A stretch of DNA of 64,000 nt, from positions 19,840,001 to 19,904,000 of the forward strand of contig NC_091995.1 of the NCBI RefSeq assembly GCF_044704955.1, in the 5' to 3' direction. The notes beneath the pieces are model-generated. The model did not search any database and had not been told where the DNA came from. It saw only the letters and a list, made by a program, of their open reading frames with translations. Below are positions 38,849 through 51,401 of this stretch, piece after piece. The position numbers and the translations under genes are program-made. Source of the stretch: Pristiophorus japonicus. Lineage: Eukaryota. Numbering within the stretch: position 1 is the first letter of the stretch; every line of letters starts with the position of its first letter.

Positions 38849-38993
38849 CCTGGGTGGAGAAGAGGGGCTACAAGACGACTAAAGCTGCCCGGAATGAGGT
38901 GTACCGGATGGCCAACAGCATCCTTCCATTGACTGACTGTGGACGGGGGCCTGTGTCTGTACATGCGACCCCCAGGCTACACCGTACAGAAAG
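38849..38993 (+). pseudogene. GNL1: GNL1 exon (AWVEKRGYKTTKAARNEVYR...PPGYTVQK) with 4-bp frameshift
   Basis: ttacag|CC TGG...AAA G|gtgagg; gact duplicated at 38931-38938; removing 4 bp restores VDGGLCLYMRPPGYTVQK. Confidence 0.9.
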
Positions 38994-39269
38994 GTGAGGG
39001 CTCGGTCCCCTTGTGTACCGAGTGTCAGCGGGAGCGGCTGTGGGGAGTCGAGCCAGAGTTTGAGCCTGGGACCTGAATCTCCACTACAGAGCGCTGGAAT
39101 CACTGGCACCTCGAAAACGGCAAACCTCTCGTCACACAGATGGTGAGATCTTGGTGGGCAGCTTTCTTCGGGGCCAGCGGTGAGCGAGAGCCTTTGCTTC
39201 ACCGCTGGCCGCAAATTCCAGGCCCTTGTTTTTACACAACTCTTAAAGAGCGCGTCTCACTTACCTCGT

Positions 39270-39730
39270 TATCAACAACATCTTGTATTTATATAGCGCC
39301 TTTAACGCAGTGAAAGGTCCCAAGGTGCTTCACAGGAGTATTATGAGGCAAATATTAGACACCAAGCCACAAAGTAGAAATGAGGGCAGGTGACCAAAAG
39401 CTGGGTCAAAGAGTTCGGTTTTAAGAAGCGTCTTGAAGCAGGAAAGAGAGGCTGAGAGGTTTATGGAGGGAGTTCCAGAGCTTGGGGCCCAGGCAACAGA
39501 AGGCACGGCCCCCGATGGTCGAGCGATTATAATTAGGGATGCTCAGGAGGGCAGAATTAGAGGAGTGCAGACATCTCGAGGGGTTGTGGGGCTGGAGGAG
39601 ATTACAGAGATCGGGAGGGGCGAGGCCATGGAGGGATTTGATAACAAGGATGAGAATTTTGAAATCGAGGCGTTGCTTAACCGGGAGCCGATGTAGGTCA
39701 GCGAGCACAGGGGTGATGGGTGAGCGGGAC
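39270..39730 (-). mobile_element. L2 LINE 3' fragment
   Basis: ITPVLADLHRLPVKQRLDFKIL...GGRAFCCLGPKLWNSL. Confidence 0.8.
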
Positions 39731-40311
39731 CAAGCTGAAGGGTTCTGCTGTCTTTCCTCGTACCTCGTGGCACGAGGGGATGGGCCTGGTTGGCTCTTTC
39801 TCTGCACTGTGTCCAGTGCTTCCCTTGGGTCTCGGTGATCAGAAACAGACACAGCCCTCCAGAGGCAGTGTAACCCGGGGTGGGGGACACTGCACAGTGT
39901 GCGTGTGCACCCTCTGACTTGTTTATGGTTTGGGCTGCATTGTTTAACGTGCGGCTTGCTTTACTGATGAGCTGCTCGGCAGTGGTTGGACCCGATCCGA
40001 GCGTTTAACATATTGATGTAAGTGTTGACCCTTGAACCTGCTGTGCCTGTTTCATAGTCATGGTATCTTGCAGCACAGGAGGATGATCGGCCCATCGTGA
40101 CAGTGCTGTCTCTTTGAAAGAGCTCTCCAATTAGTCCCACTCCCTGCTCTTTCCCCATAGCCCTGAAAAATCTTTCCTCTTCAAGTATTTATCCAACTCC
40201 CTTCAGAAAGTTGCTAATTATAAAGGGTTTTGACAGAGTCATTGGGAGAAACTGTTTCCACTGGCAGGAGAGTCAGTAACCCTCCCAGAGGTCACAGAGT
40301 GCAAAGTTCAC

Positions 40312-43300
40312 CATCATCATAGGCAGCCCCTCGGAATCGAGGAAGACTTGCTTCCACTCCTGAAGTGAGTTCTTTGGTGGCTCAACAGTCCAATACGAGA
40401 GCCACAGACTCTGTCACAGGTGGGACAGATAGTTGTTGAGGGAGGGGGTGGGTGGGACTGGTTTGCCGCACGCTCTTTCCGCTGCCTGTGCTTGATTTCT
40501 GCATGCTCTCGGTGTTGCAACTCGAGGTGCTCAGCGCCCTCCCGGAAGCACTTTCTTCACTTAGGGCGGTGTTTAGACAGGGACTCCCAGGTGTCAGTGG
40601 GGATGTTGTACTTTATCAGCGAGGCTTTGAGGCTGTCCTTGTAACGTTTCCTCTGCCCACCTTTGGCTCATTTGCCGTGAAGGAGCTCCGCAAAGAGCAC
40701 TTGCTATGGGAGTCTCGTGTCTGGCATGTGAACAATATGGCCTGCCCAGCGGAGCTGATCAAGTGTGGTCAGTGCTTCAATGCTGGGGATGTTGGCCTGA
40801 TCGAGGACGCTAATGTTGGTGTGTCTGTCCTCCCAGGGGATTTGTAGGATCTTGCGGAGACATCGTTGATGGTATTTCTCCAGCGACTTGAAGTGTCTAC
40901 TGTACATGGTCCATGTCTCTGAGCCATACAGGAGGGTGGGTATTACACCAGCCCTGTAGACCATGAGCTTGGTGGCAGTTTTGAGGGCCTGGTCTTCAAA
41001 CACTCTTTTCCTCAGGCAGTCGAAGGCTGCACTGGCGCACTGGAGGCAGTGTTGGATCTTGTCGTCAATGTCTGCTCTTGTTGATAAGAGGCTCCCGAGG
41101 TATGGGAAATGGTCCACATTGTCCAGGGCCGTGCCGTGGATCTTGATGACTGGGGGGCTGTGCTGTGTGGTGAGGACAGGCTGGTGGAGGACCTTTGTCT
41201 TACGGATGTTTAGCGTAAGGCCCAATCTTTCATACACCTCAGTAAATACGTCGACTATGTCCTGGAGTTCAGCCTCTGTATGTGCGCAGACGCAGGCGTC
41301 GTCCGCATACTGTAGCTCGACGACAGAGGTTGGGGTGGTCTTGGACCTGGCCTGGCGAAGGTTGAACAGGTTCTGTAGTTTAGTTCCACTTCAGCGGGGA
41401 GCTTGTTGACTGTGAGGTGGAGCATGGCAGCGAGGAAGATTGAGAAGAGAGTTGGGGCGATGACACAGCCCTGTTTGACCCCGGTCCGGACATGGATTGG
41501 GTCTGTAATGGATCCGTTGGTAAGGATCACGGCCTGAATGTTGTCGTGGAGCAGGTGGAGGATGTTGACGAACTTTTGGGGGCATCCGAAACGGAGGACA
41601 CTCCATAGACCCTCGCGATTGACAATGTCAAAGGCCTTTGAAAGGTCGAAGAAGGCCATGTATAAGGGCTGGCACTTTTCCCTGCATTGTTCCTGCAGCT
41701 GTCGCGCTGCAAACATCATGTCTCTGTGCCCCGTAGGGGACGAAATCCGCACTGTGACTCCGGGAGGAGCTCCTCGGCCACAGGGAGAAGACGGTTGAGG
41801 AGGATTCTCGCGACGACTTTCCCCGTGGCTGATAACAGGGAGGTTCCTCTGTAGTTGCCGCAGTCGGACTTGTCCCCTTTTTTAAAGATGGTCACGGTCA
41901 CTGCATCTCTGAGATCTCCCAGCATGCTCTCCTCCCTCCAGATGAGAGAGATGAGATCATGGATTGCGCCAACAGTGCCTCTGCGCCATATTTCAGTGCC
42001 TCAGCAGGGATTCCATCCGCTCCCGTAGCCTTGTTGTTTTTAAGCTGTCTTCCGGCTTTTTCTACCTCGTGCAGTGTTGGGGTCTCACTGAGGTGGTGGG
42101 TAGCATGCTGCGGGATGGAGTCGAGAACACTCGGGTCAAAGGCAGAGTCTCGATTGAGGAGATCTTCGAAGTGCTCCTTCCAGCGGGCCCTGACTGCCTC
42201 GGTGTCCTTGATGAGTGTTTCGCTGTTCTTGGCCAGCAGTGGGGTGGGGCCTTGGGTGTTTGGACCGTAGGTGGCCTTGACTGCGATGAAGAATCCTCGC
42301 ACACCATGGCTGTCGGCCAGCTGCTGTATCTCCTGTGCTTTCTCCATCCACCACCTGTTCTTTAGGTCTCGGGTTTTTTGTTGGATCTCAGCCTTGAGCC
42401 GTCTGTAATGCTGCTTTGCTGCTCCTGAGTTGGGTTGTTGTTTAAGGCTCAGAAATGCCCTGCGCTTGCGATCTATTAGCACTTGGATCTCCTGATCATT
42501 CTCATCAAACCAGTCCTGGTGTTTCCTGGTTGAGTGACCAAGCGTCTTTTGCAGGCACTGGTTATGGAGGCCTGGAGGACAGACCAAGCGCTGTGGGCAT
42601 TCTGCGTCTCGGGGTCATCAAGGCACGCCAGATTGGCTGTGAGGCGCTGACTGTATAGGGCTCTCTTAGCTGGGTCTTTCAGTGCCCCGTCAGTCACTTT
42701 TTTGCGGCACTGTTTCTGCTGTCCCCTCCGCTTTGGGGCTATGTTGATGTCAATGATGGATCGGATTAGGCGATGGTCCGTCCAGCAGTTGTCAGCTCCT
42801 GTCATGGTGCGGGTGATGCACACATCCTTGCGATCCCTGGCTCGGACGATGACATAGTCGAGCAGGCGCCAGTGTTTGGAGCGAGGGTGTTCCCATGATG
42901 CCTTGTATTTGTCCCTCTGGCGCACAAGGTGTTGGTGATGACAAGTTCATGTTCTCGACATTTTATCAGGAGTAGGGTACCGCTGGAGGTGGCTTTCCCT
43001 ACCCCCTCTCTGCCAATCACGACTTCCCAAAGGGCTGTGTCCTTGCCGACCCTGGGATTGAAGTCACCGAGGAGAATCAGTTTGTCATCCGCGGGGACGC
43101 AGAACAGGGATTTTTCGAGGCTGGAGTAAAAACCCTCTTTAGCCTTATCCGTTGCATTGAGTGTTGGGGCGTAAGCACTGATGACTGAGGAACACTGATT
43201 CCGGGATAGGGTGAGTCGGAGAGTCATGAGGTGTTCATTAACCCCGGAGGGGGAATCTTTGAGGCGGTCGACCAGCTTGTTTTTGATGGTGAAGCCGACT

Positions 43301-43765
43301 CCATGAAGGCGGTGTTCTTCCTCTGGTTTCCCTTTCCAGAAGAAGATGTAACCTCCACCTTGTTCCTTGAGCTGGCCTTCCCCTGCCGCCGGGTCTCGAT
43401 TAGGCCGGCGATGTCGATATCAACGCGTCTAAGATCCCGGGCAACTATCGCATTCCGGCCTGTTACTGTTGGAATGTCCCTGAGGGTCCTGACGTTCCAG
43501 GTCCCGAACTTCATGTTAGAGGAGTGGAAGATGCCTGTGCGAGAGATGTTTTAAGGTGGAGTTGTCGTTGTACACCGGCCACCCCACGGGCTGAGCTGAG
43601 CAAGGTCTTGGTCCAGTGGCAAGGGGCCCAAGACCACTGGAGGCCAGGCACTAGTATATGGGTCTAGTTGTCTACGGCGAGATGATGGCCGCAGGCTCAG
43701 CGCTGAGAAGCGCCCTGGATGGTAGGTGGTCCAAGGTATTCGGAGGGTCAGTGGCCCCCTGGGGA
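40312..43765 (-). mobile_element. Near full-length RTE-clade LINE, frameshifted
   Basis: MKFGTWNVRTL, ISAYAPTL, LLGDFN, LPESQCGFR, TGVKQGCVIAPTLFSIF, FPYLGS, LLYGSETW, C-terminal CPTC..H; (TGA)n tail at 40312-40320. Confidence 0.92.
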
Positions 43766-45209
43766 TCAGTAACACAGGGTGCTGGGGGAGGGGTTACTGA
43801 GTGACAGTGTGAGGGAGCTGGATTAACATCAGTACAGATACAGTCAGTAACACAGTGCTGGGGGAGGGGTTACTGAGTGACAGTGTGAGGGAGCTGGATT
43901 AACATCAGTACAGATACAGTCAGTAACACAGTGCTGGGGGAGGGGTTACTGAGTGACAGTGTGAGGGAGCTGGATTAACATCAGTACAGATACAGTCAGT
44001 AACACAGTGCTGGGGGAGGGGTTACTGAGTGACAGTGTGAGGGAGCTGGATTAACATCAGTACAGATACAGTCAGTAACATAGTGCTGGGGGAGGGGTTA
44101 CTGAGTGACAGTGTGAGGGAGCTGGATTAACATCAGTACAGATACAGTCAGTAACACAGTGCTGGGGGAGGGGTTACTGAGTGACAGTGTGAGGGAGCTG
44201 GATTAACATCAGTACAGATACAGTCAGTAACACAGGGTGCTGGGGGAGGGGTTACTGAGTGACAGTGTGAGGGAGCTGGATTAACGTCAGTACAGATACA
44301 GTCAGTAACACAGGGTGCTGGGGGAGGGGTTACTGAGTGACAGTGTGAGGGAGCTGGATTAACATCAGTACAGATACAGTCAGTAACACAGGGTGCTGGG
44401 GAGGGGTTACTGAGTGACAGTGTGAGGGAGCTGGATTAACATCAGTACAGATACAGTCAGTAACACAGTGCTGGGGAGGTGTTACTGAGTGACAGTGTGA
44501 GGGAGCTGGATTAACATCAGTACAGATACACTCAGTAACACAGTGCTGGGGGAGGGGTTACTGAGTGACAGTGTAAGGGAGCGGGATTAACATCAGTACA
44601 GATACAGTCAGTAACACAGTGCTGGGGGAGGGGTTACTGAGTGACAGTGTGAGGGAGTTGGATTAACATCAGGACAGATACAGTCAGCAACACAAGGTGC
44701 TGGGGGAGGCGTTACTGAGTGACAGTGTGAGGGAGCTGGATTAACATCAGTACAGATACAGTTAGTAACACAAGGTGCTGGGGGAGGGGTTACTGAGTGA
44801 CAGTGTGAGGGAGCTGGATTAACATCAGTTCAGATACAGTCAGTAACACAGGGTGCTGGGGGAGGGGTTACTGAGTGACAGTGTGAGGGAGCTGGATTAA
44901 CATCAGTACAGATACAGTCAGTAACACATGGTGCTGGGGGAGGGGTTACTGAGTGACAGTGTGAGGGAGCTGGATTAACATCAGTACAGATACTGTCAGT
45001 AACACAGTGCTGGGGGAGGGGTTACTGAGTGACAGTGTGAGGGAGCTGGATTAACATCAGTACAGATACAGTCAGTAACACAGTGCTGGGGGAGGGGTTA
45101 CTGAGTGACAGTGTGAGGGAGCTGGATTAACATCAGTACAGATACTGTCAGTAACACAGTGCTGGGGGAGGGGTTACTGAGTGACAGTGTGAGGGAGCTG
45201 GATTAACGT

Positions 45210-46380
45210 CATAGGAACTTAGAAAATAGGTGCAGAAGTAGGCCATTTGGCCCTTCGAGCCTTCGATCATCATTCAATAAGATCATGGCTGATCATTCAC
45301 CTCAGTACCCTGTTCCTGCTTTCTCCCCATACCCCTTGATCTCTTTGGTCGTAAGGGCCGTATCTAACTCCCTCTTGAATATATCCAATGCACTGGCCTC
45401 AACAACTCTCTTCAGTCGGGAATTCCACAGGTTAACAACACTCTGAGTCAAGAAGTTTCTCCTCATCTCAGTCCGAAATGGCTTACCCCTTATCCTTAGA
45501 CTGTGTCCCCTGGTTCTGAACTTCCCCAACATCGGGAACATTCTTCCTGCATCTAACCTGTCCAGTCCCGTCAGAATTTTATATATTTCTATGAGATCCC
45601 CTCTCATCCTTCTAAACTCCAGTGAATAAAAGCCCAATCGATCCAGTCTCTCCTCATATGTCAGTCCTGCCATCCCGGGAATCAGTCTGGTGAACCTTCG
45701 CTGCACTCCCTCAATAGCAAGAACGTCCTTCCTCAGATTAGGAAACCAAAACTGAACACAATATTCCAGGTGAGGCCTCACCAAGGCCCTGTACAACTGC
45801 AGTAAGACCTCCCTGCTCCTATATTCAAATCCCCTAGCTATGAAGGCCAACATGCCATTTGCCTTCTTCACCACCTGCTGTACCTGTATGCCAACTTTCA
45901 TTGACTGATGTACCATGACACCCAGGTCTCGTTGTACCTCCCCTTTTCCTAATCTGCCGCCATTCAGATAATATTCTGCCATTGTGTTTTTGCCACCAAA
46001 GTGGATAACCTCACATTTATCCACATTATACTGCATCTGCCATGCATTTGCAAGCTCACCTAACCGATCCAAGTCACACTGCAGCCTCTTAGCATCCTCC
46101 TCACAGCTCACACCGCCACAGCTTCGTGTCATCTGCAAACTTGGAGATATTACACTCAATACCTTCATCTAAATCATTAATCTATATTGTAAATCGCTGG
46201 GGTCCCAGCACTGAACCCTGCGGCACCCCACCAGTCACTGCCTGCCATTCTGAAAAGGACCCGTTTATCCCGACTCTTTGCTTCCTGTCTGCCAACCAGT
46301 TCTCTATCCACGTCAGTACATTACCCCCAATACCATGTGCTTTAATTTTGCACACCAATCTCTTGTGTGGGACCTTGTCA
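45210..46380 (-). mobile_element. 5'-truncated CR1, array copy 1
   Basis: RT C-terminal ORF 45302-46168; junctions acgtca|taggaac and ccttgtca|gtacag. Confidence 0.92.
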
Positions 46381-47300
46381 GTACAGATACAGTCAGTAGC
46401 GCAGTGCTGGGGGAGGGGTTACTGAGTGACAGTGTGAGGGAGCTGGATTAACATCAGTACAGATACAGTCAGTAACACAGTGCTGGGGGAGGGGTTACTG
46501 AGTGACTGTGTGAGGGAGCTGGATTAACATCAGTACAGATACAGTCAGTAACACAGGGTGCTGGGGGAGGGATTTCTGAGTGACAGTGTGAGGGAGCTGG
46601 ATTAACATCACTTCAGATACAGTCAGTAACACAGGGTGCTGGGGGAGGGGTTACTGAGTGACAGTGTGAGGGAGCTGGATTAACATCAGTACAGATACAG
46701 TCAGTAACACAGTGCTGGGGGAGGGGTTACTGAGTGACAGTGTGAGGGAGCTGGATTAACATCAATACAGATACAGTCAGTAACACAGGGTGCTGGGGGA
46801 GAGGTTACTGAGTGACAGTGTGAGTGAGCTGGATTAACATCAGTACAGATACAGTCAGTAACACAGTGCTGGGGGAGGGGTTACTGAGTGACAGTGTGAG
46901 GGAGCTGGATTAACATCAGTCCAGATACTGTCAGTAACACAGGGTGCTGGGGGAGGGGTTACTGAGTGACAGTGTGAGGGAGCTGGATTAACATCAGTAC
47001 AGATACAGTCAGTAACACAGTGCTGGGGGAGGGGTTACTGAGTGACAGTGTGAGGGAGCTGGATTAACATCAGTACAGATACAGTCAGTAACACAGTGCT
47101 GGGGGAGGGGTTACTGAGTGACAGTGTGAGGGAGCTGGATTAACATCAGTACAGATACAGTCAGTAACACAGTGCTGGGGGAGAGGTTACTGAGTGACAG
47201 TGTGAGGGAGCTGGATTAACATCAGTACAGATACAGTCAGTAACACAGGGTGCTGGGGGAGAGGTTACTGAGTGACAGTGTGAGGGAGCTGGATTAACAT

Positions 47301-49380
47301 CATAGGAACTTAGAAAATAGGTGCGGAAATAGGCAATTTGGCCCTTCGAGTCTGCACCACCATTCAATAAGATCATGGCTGATCATTCACCTCAGTACCC
47401 TGTTCCTGCTTTCTCTCCATACCCCTTGATGCCTTTAGTCGTAAGGGCTGTATCTAACTCCCTCTTGAATATATCCAATGCACTGGCCTCAACAACTCTC
47501 TGCGGTAGGGAATTCCACAGGTTAACAACACTCTGAGTGAAGAAGTTTCTCCTCATCTCAGTACTAAATGGCTTACCCCTTATCCTTAGACTGTGTCCCC
47601 TGGTTCTGGACTTCCCCAACATCGGGAACATTCTTCCTGCATCTAACCTGTCCAATCCTGTCAGAATTTTATATATTTCTATGAGATCCCCTCTCATCCT
47701 TCTAAACTCCAGAAATAAAAGCCCAATCGATCCAGTCTCTCCTCATATGTCAGTCCTGCCATCCCGGGAATCAGTCTGGTGAACCTTTCGCTGCACTCCC
47801 TCAATAGCAAGAACGTCCTTCCTCAGATTAGGAAACCAAAACTGAACACAATATTCCAGGTGAGGCCTCACCAAGGCCCTGTACAACTGCAATAAGTCCT
47901 CCCTGCTCCTATACTCAAATCCCCGAGCTATAAGGCCAACATGCCATTTGCCTTCTTCACCACCTGCTGTACCTGCATGCCAACTTTCATTGACTGATGT
48001 ACCATGACACCCAGGTCTCTTCGCACCTCCCCTTTTCCTAATCTGCTGCCATTCAGATAATATTCTGCCATTGTGTTTTTGCCACCAAAGTGGATAACCT
48101 CACATTTATCCACATTATACTGCATCTGCCATGCATTTGCCAGCTCACCTAACCTGTCCAAGTCACACTGCAGCCTCTTCCGTCCTCCTCACAGCTCACA
48201 CCGCCACCCATAGAAACATAGAAAATAGGTGCAGGAGTAGGCCATTCAGCCCTTTGAGCCTGCACCGCCATTCAATGAGTTCATGGCTGAACATGCAACT
48301 TCAGGACCCCATTCCTGCTTTCTCACCATACCCCTTGATTCCCCTCGTAGTAAGGACTTCATCTAACTCCTTTTTGAATATATTTAGTGAATTGGCCTCA
48401 ACAACTTTCTGTGGTAGAGAATTACACAGGTTCACCACTCTCTGGGTGAAGAAATTCTTCCTCATCTCGGTCCTAAATGGCTTACCCCTTATCCTTAGAC
48501 TGTGTCCACTGGTTCTGGACTTCCCCAACATTGGGAACATTCTTCCTGCATCTAACCTGTCTAACCCCGTCAGAATTTTAAACATTTCTATGAGGTCCCC
48601 TCTCATTCTTCTGAACTCCAGTGAATACAAGCCCAGTTGATCCAGTCTTTCTTGATAGGTCAGTCCCGCCATCCCGGGAATCAGTCTGGTGAACCTTCGC
48701 TGCACTCCCTCAATAGCAAGAATGTCCTTCCTCAAGTTAGGAGACCAAAACTGTACTCAATACTCCAGGTGTGGCCTCACCAAGGCCCTGTACAACTGTA
48801 GCAACACCTCCCTGCCCCTGTACTCAAATCCCCTCGCTATGAAAGCCAACATGCCATTTGCTTTCTTAACCGCCTGCTGTACCTGCATGCCAACCTTCAA
48901 TGACTGATGTACCATGACACCCAGGTCTCTTTGCACCTCCCCTTTTCCTAATATGTCACCATTCAGATAATAGTCTGTCTCTCTGTTTTTACCACCAAAG
49001 TGGATAATCTCACATTTATCCACATTATACTTCATCTGCCATGCATTTGCCCACTCACCTAACCTATCCAAGTCGCTCTGCAGCCTCATAGCATCCTCCT
49101 TGCAGCTCACACTGCCACCCAACTTAGTGTCATCCGCAAATTTGGAGATACTACATTTAATCCCCTCGTCTAAATCATTAATGTACAGTGTAAACAGCTG
49201 GGCCCCAGCACAGAACCTTGCGGTACCCCACTGGTCACTGCCTGCCATTCTGAAAAGTCCCCATTTACTCCTACTCTTTGCTTCCTGTCTGACAACCAGT
49301 TCTCAATCCATGTCAGCACAATAGCCCCAATCCCATGTGCTTTAACTTTGCACATTAATCTCTTATGTGGGACGTTGTCA
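47301..49380 (-). mobile_element. Array copy 2: CR1 (47301-48208) fused to a second-subfamily CR1 (48209-49380)
   Basis: A new 3' tail catagaaacatagaaa begins at 48209; the diverged element ends at the same junction cgttgtca|gtacag. Confidence 0.88.
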
Positions 49381-50230
49381 GTACAGATACAGTCAGTAAC
49401 ACAGTGCTGGGGGAGGGGTTACTGAGTGACAGTGTGAGGGAGCTGGATTAACATCGGTACAGATACAGTCAGTAACACAGGGTGCTGGGGGAGGGGTTAC
49501 TGAGTGACAGTGTAAGGGAGCTGGATTAACATCAGTTCAGATACAGTCAGTAACACAGGGTACTGGGGGAGGGGTTACCGAGTGACAGTGTTAGGGAGCT
49601 GGATTAACATCAGTACAGATACAGTCAGTAACACAGGGTACTGGGGGAGGGGTTACTGAGTGACAGTGTGAGGGAGCTGGATTAACATCGGTACAGATAC
49701 AGTCAGTAACACATGGTGCTGGGGGAGGGGTTACCGAGTGACAGTTTAAGGGAGCTGGATTAACATCAGTACAGATACAGTCAGTAACACAGGGTGCTGG
49801 GGGAGGGGTTACTGAGTGACAGTGTGAGGGAGCTGGATTAACATCAGTACAGATACATTCAGTAACACAGGGTGCTGGGGGAGGGGTTACTGAGTGACAG
49901 TGTGAGGGAGCAGGATTAACATCAGTACAGATACAGTCATTAACACAGGGTGCTGGGGAGGGGTTACTGAGTGACAGTGTGAGGGAGCTGGATTAACATC
50001 AGTTCAGACACAGTCAGTAACACAGGGTGCTGGGGGAGGGGTTACTGAGTGACAGTGTGAGGGAGCAGGATTAACATCAGTACAGATACAGTCAGTAACA
50101 CAGGGGGCTGGGGAGGGGTTACTGAGTGACAGTGTGAGGGAGCTGGATTAACATCAGTTCAGACACAGTCAGTAACACAGTGCTGGGGGATGGTTTACTG
50201 AGTGACAGTGTGAGGGAGCTGGATTAACAT

Positions 50231-51401
50231 CATAGGAACTTAGAAAATAGGTGCAGAAGTAGGCCATTTGGCCCTTCGAGACTGCACCACCATTCAATAA
50301 GATCATGGCTGATCATTCACCTCAGTACCCTGTTCCTGCTTTCTCTCCATACCCCTTGATCCCTTTAGTCGTAAGGGCAGTATCTAACTCCCTCTTGAAT
50401 ATATCCAATGCACTGGCCTCAACAACTCTCTGCAGTAGGGAATTCCACAGGTTAACAACACTCTGAGTGAAGAAGTTTCTCCTCATCTCAGTCCTAAATG
50501 GCTTACCCCTTATCCTTAGACTGTGTCCCCTGGTTCTGGACTTCCCCAACATCGGGAACATTCTTCCTGCATCTAACCTGTCCAATCCTGTCAGAATTTT
50601 ATATATTTCTATGAGATCCCCTCTCATCCTTCTAAACTCCAGTGAATAAAAGCCCAATCGATCCAGTCTCTCCTCATATGTCAGTCCTGCCATCCCGGGA
50701 ATCAGTCTGGTGAACCTTCGCTGCACTCCCTCAATAGCAAGAATGTCCTTCCTCAGATTAGGAAACCAAAACTGAACACAATATTCCAGGTGAGGCCTCA
50801 CCAAGGCCCTGTACAACTGCAGTAAGACTTCCCTGCTCCTATACTCAAATCCCCTAGCTATGAAGGCCAACATGCCATTTGCCTTCTTCACCACCTGCTG
50901 TACCTGAATGCCAACTTTCATTGACTGATGTACCATGACACCCAGGTCTCGTTGTACCTCCCTTTTTCCTAATCTGCCGCCATTCAGATAATATTCTGCC
51001 ATTATGTTTTTGCCACCAAAGTTGATAACCTCACATTTATCCACATTATACTGCATCTGCCATGCATTTGCCAGCTCACCGAACCTGTCCAAGTCACACT
51101 GCAGCCTCTTCCGTCCTCCTCACAGCTCACACCGCCACCCAGTTTAGTGTCATTTGCAAACTTGGAGATATTACACTCAATACCTTCATCTAAATCATTA
51201 ATATATATTGTAAATAGCTGGGGTCCCAGCACTGAGCCCTGCGGTACTCCACCAGTCACTGCCTGCCATTCTGAAAAGGACCCGTTTATCCCGACTCTCT
51301 GCTTCCTGTCTGCCAACCAGTTCTCTATCCACGTCAGTACATTACACCCAATACCATGTGCTTTAATTTAGCACACCGATCTCTTGTGTGGGACCTTGTC
51401 A
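50231..51401 (-). mobile_element. 5'-truncated CR1, array copy 3
   Basis: ORF 50322-51092; junctions identical to copy 1. Confidence 0.92.

Noticed and set aside
40312-43765. Active RTE element or evidence of horizontal transfer
   Set aside because: ORF broken by several frameshifts; horizontal transfer cannot be judged without cross-species searches
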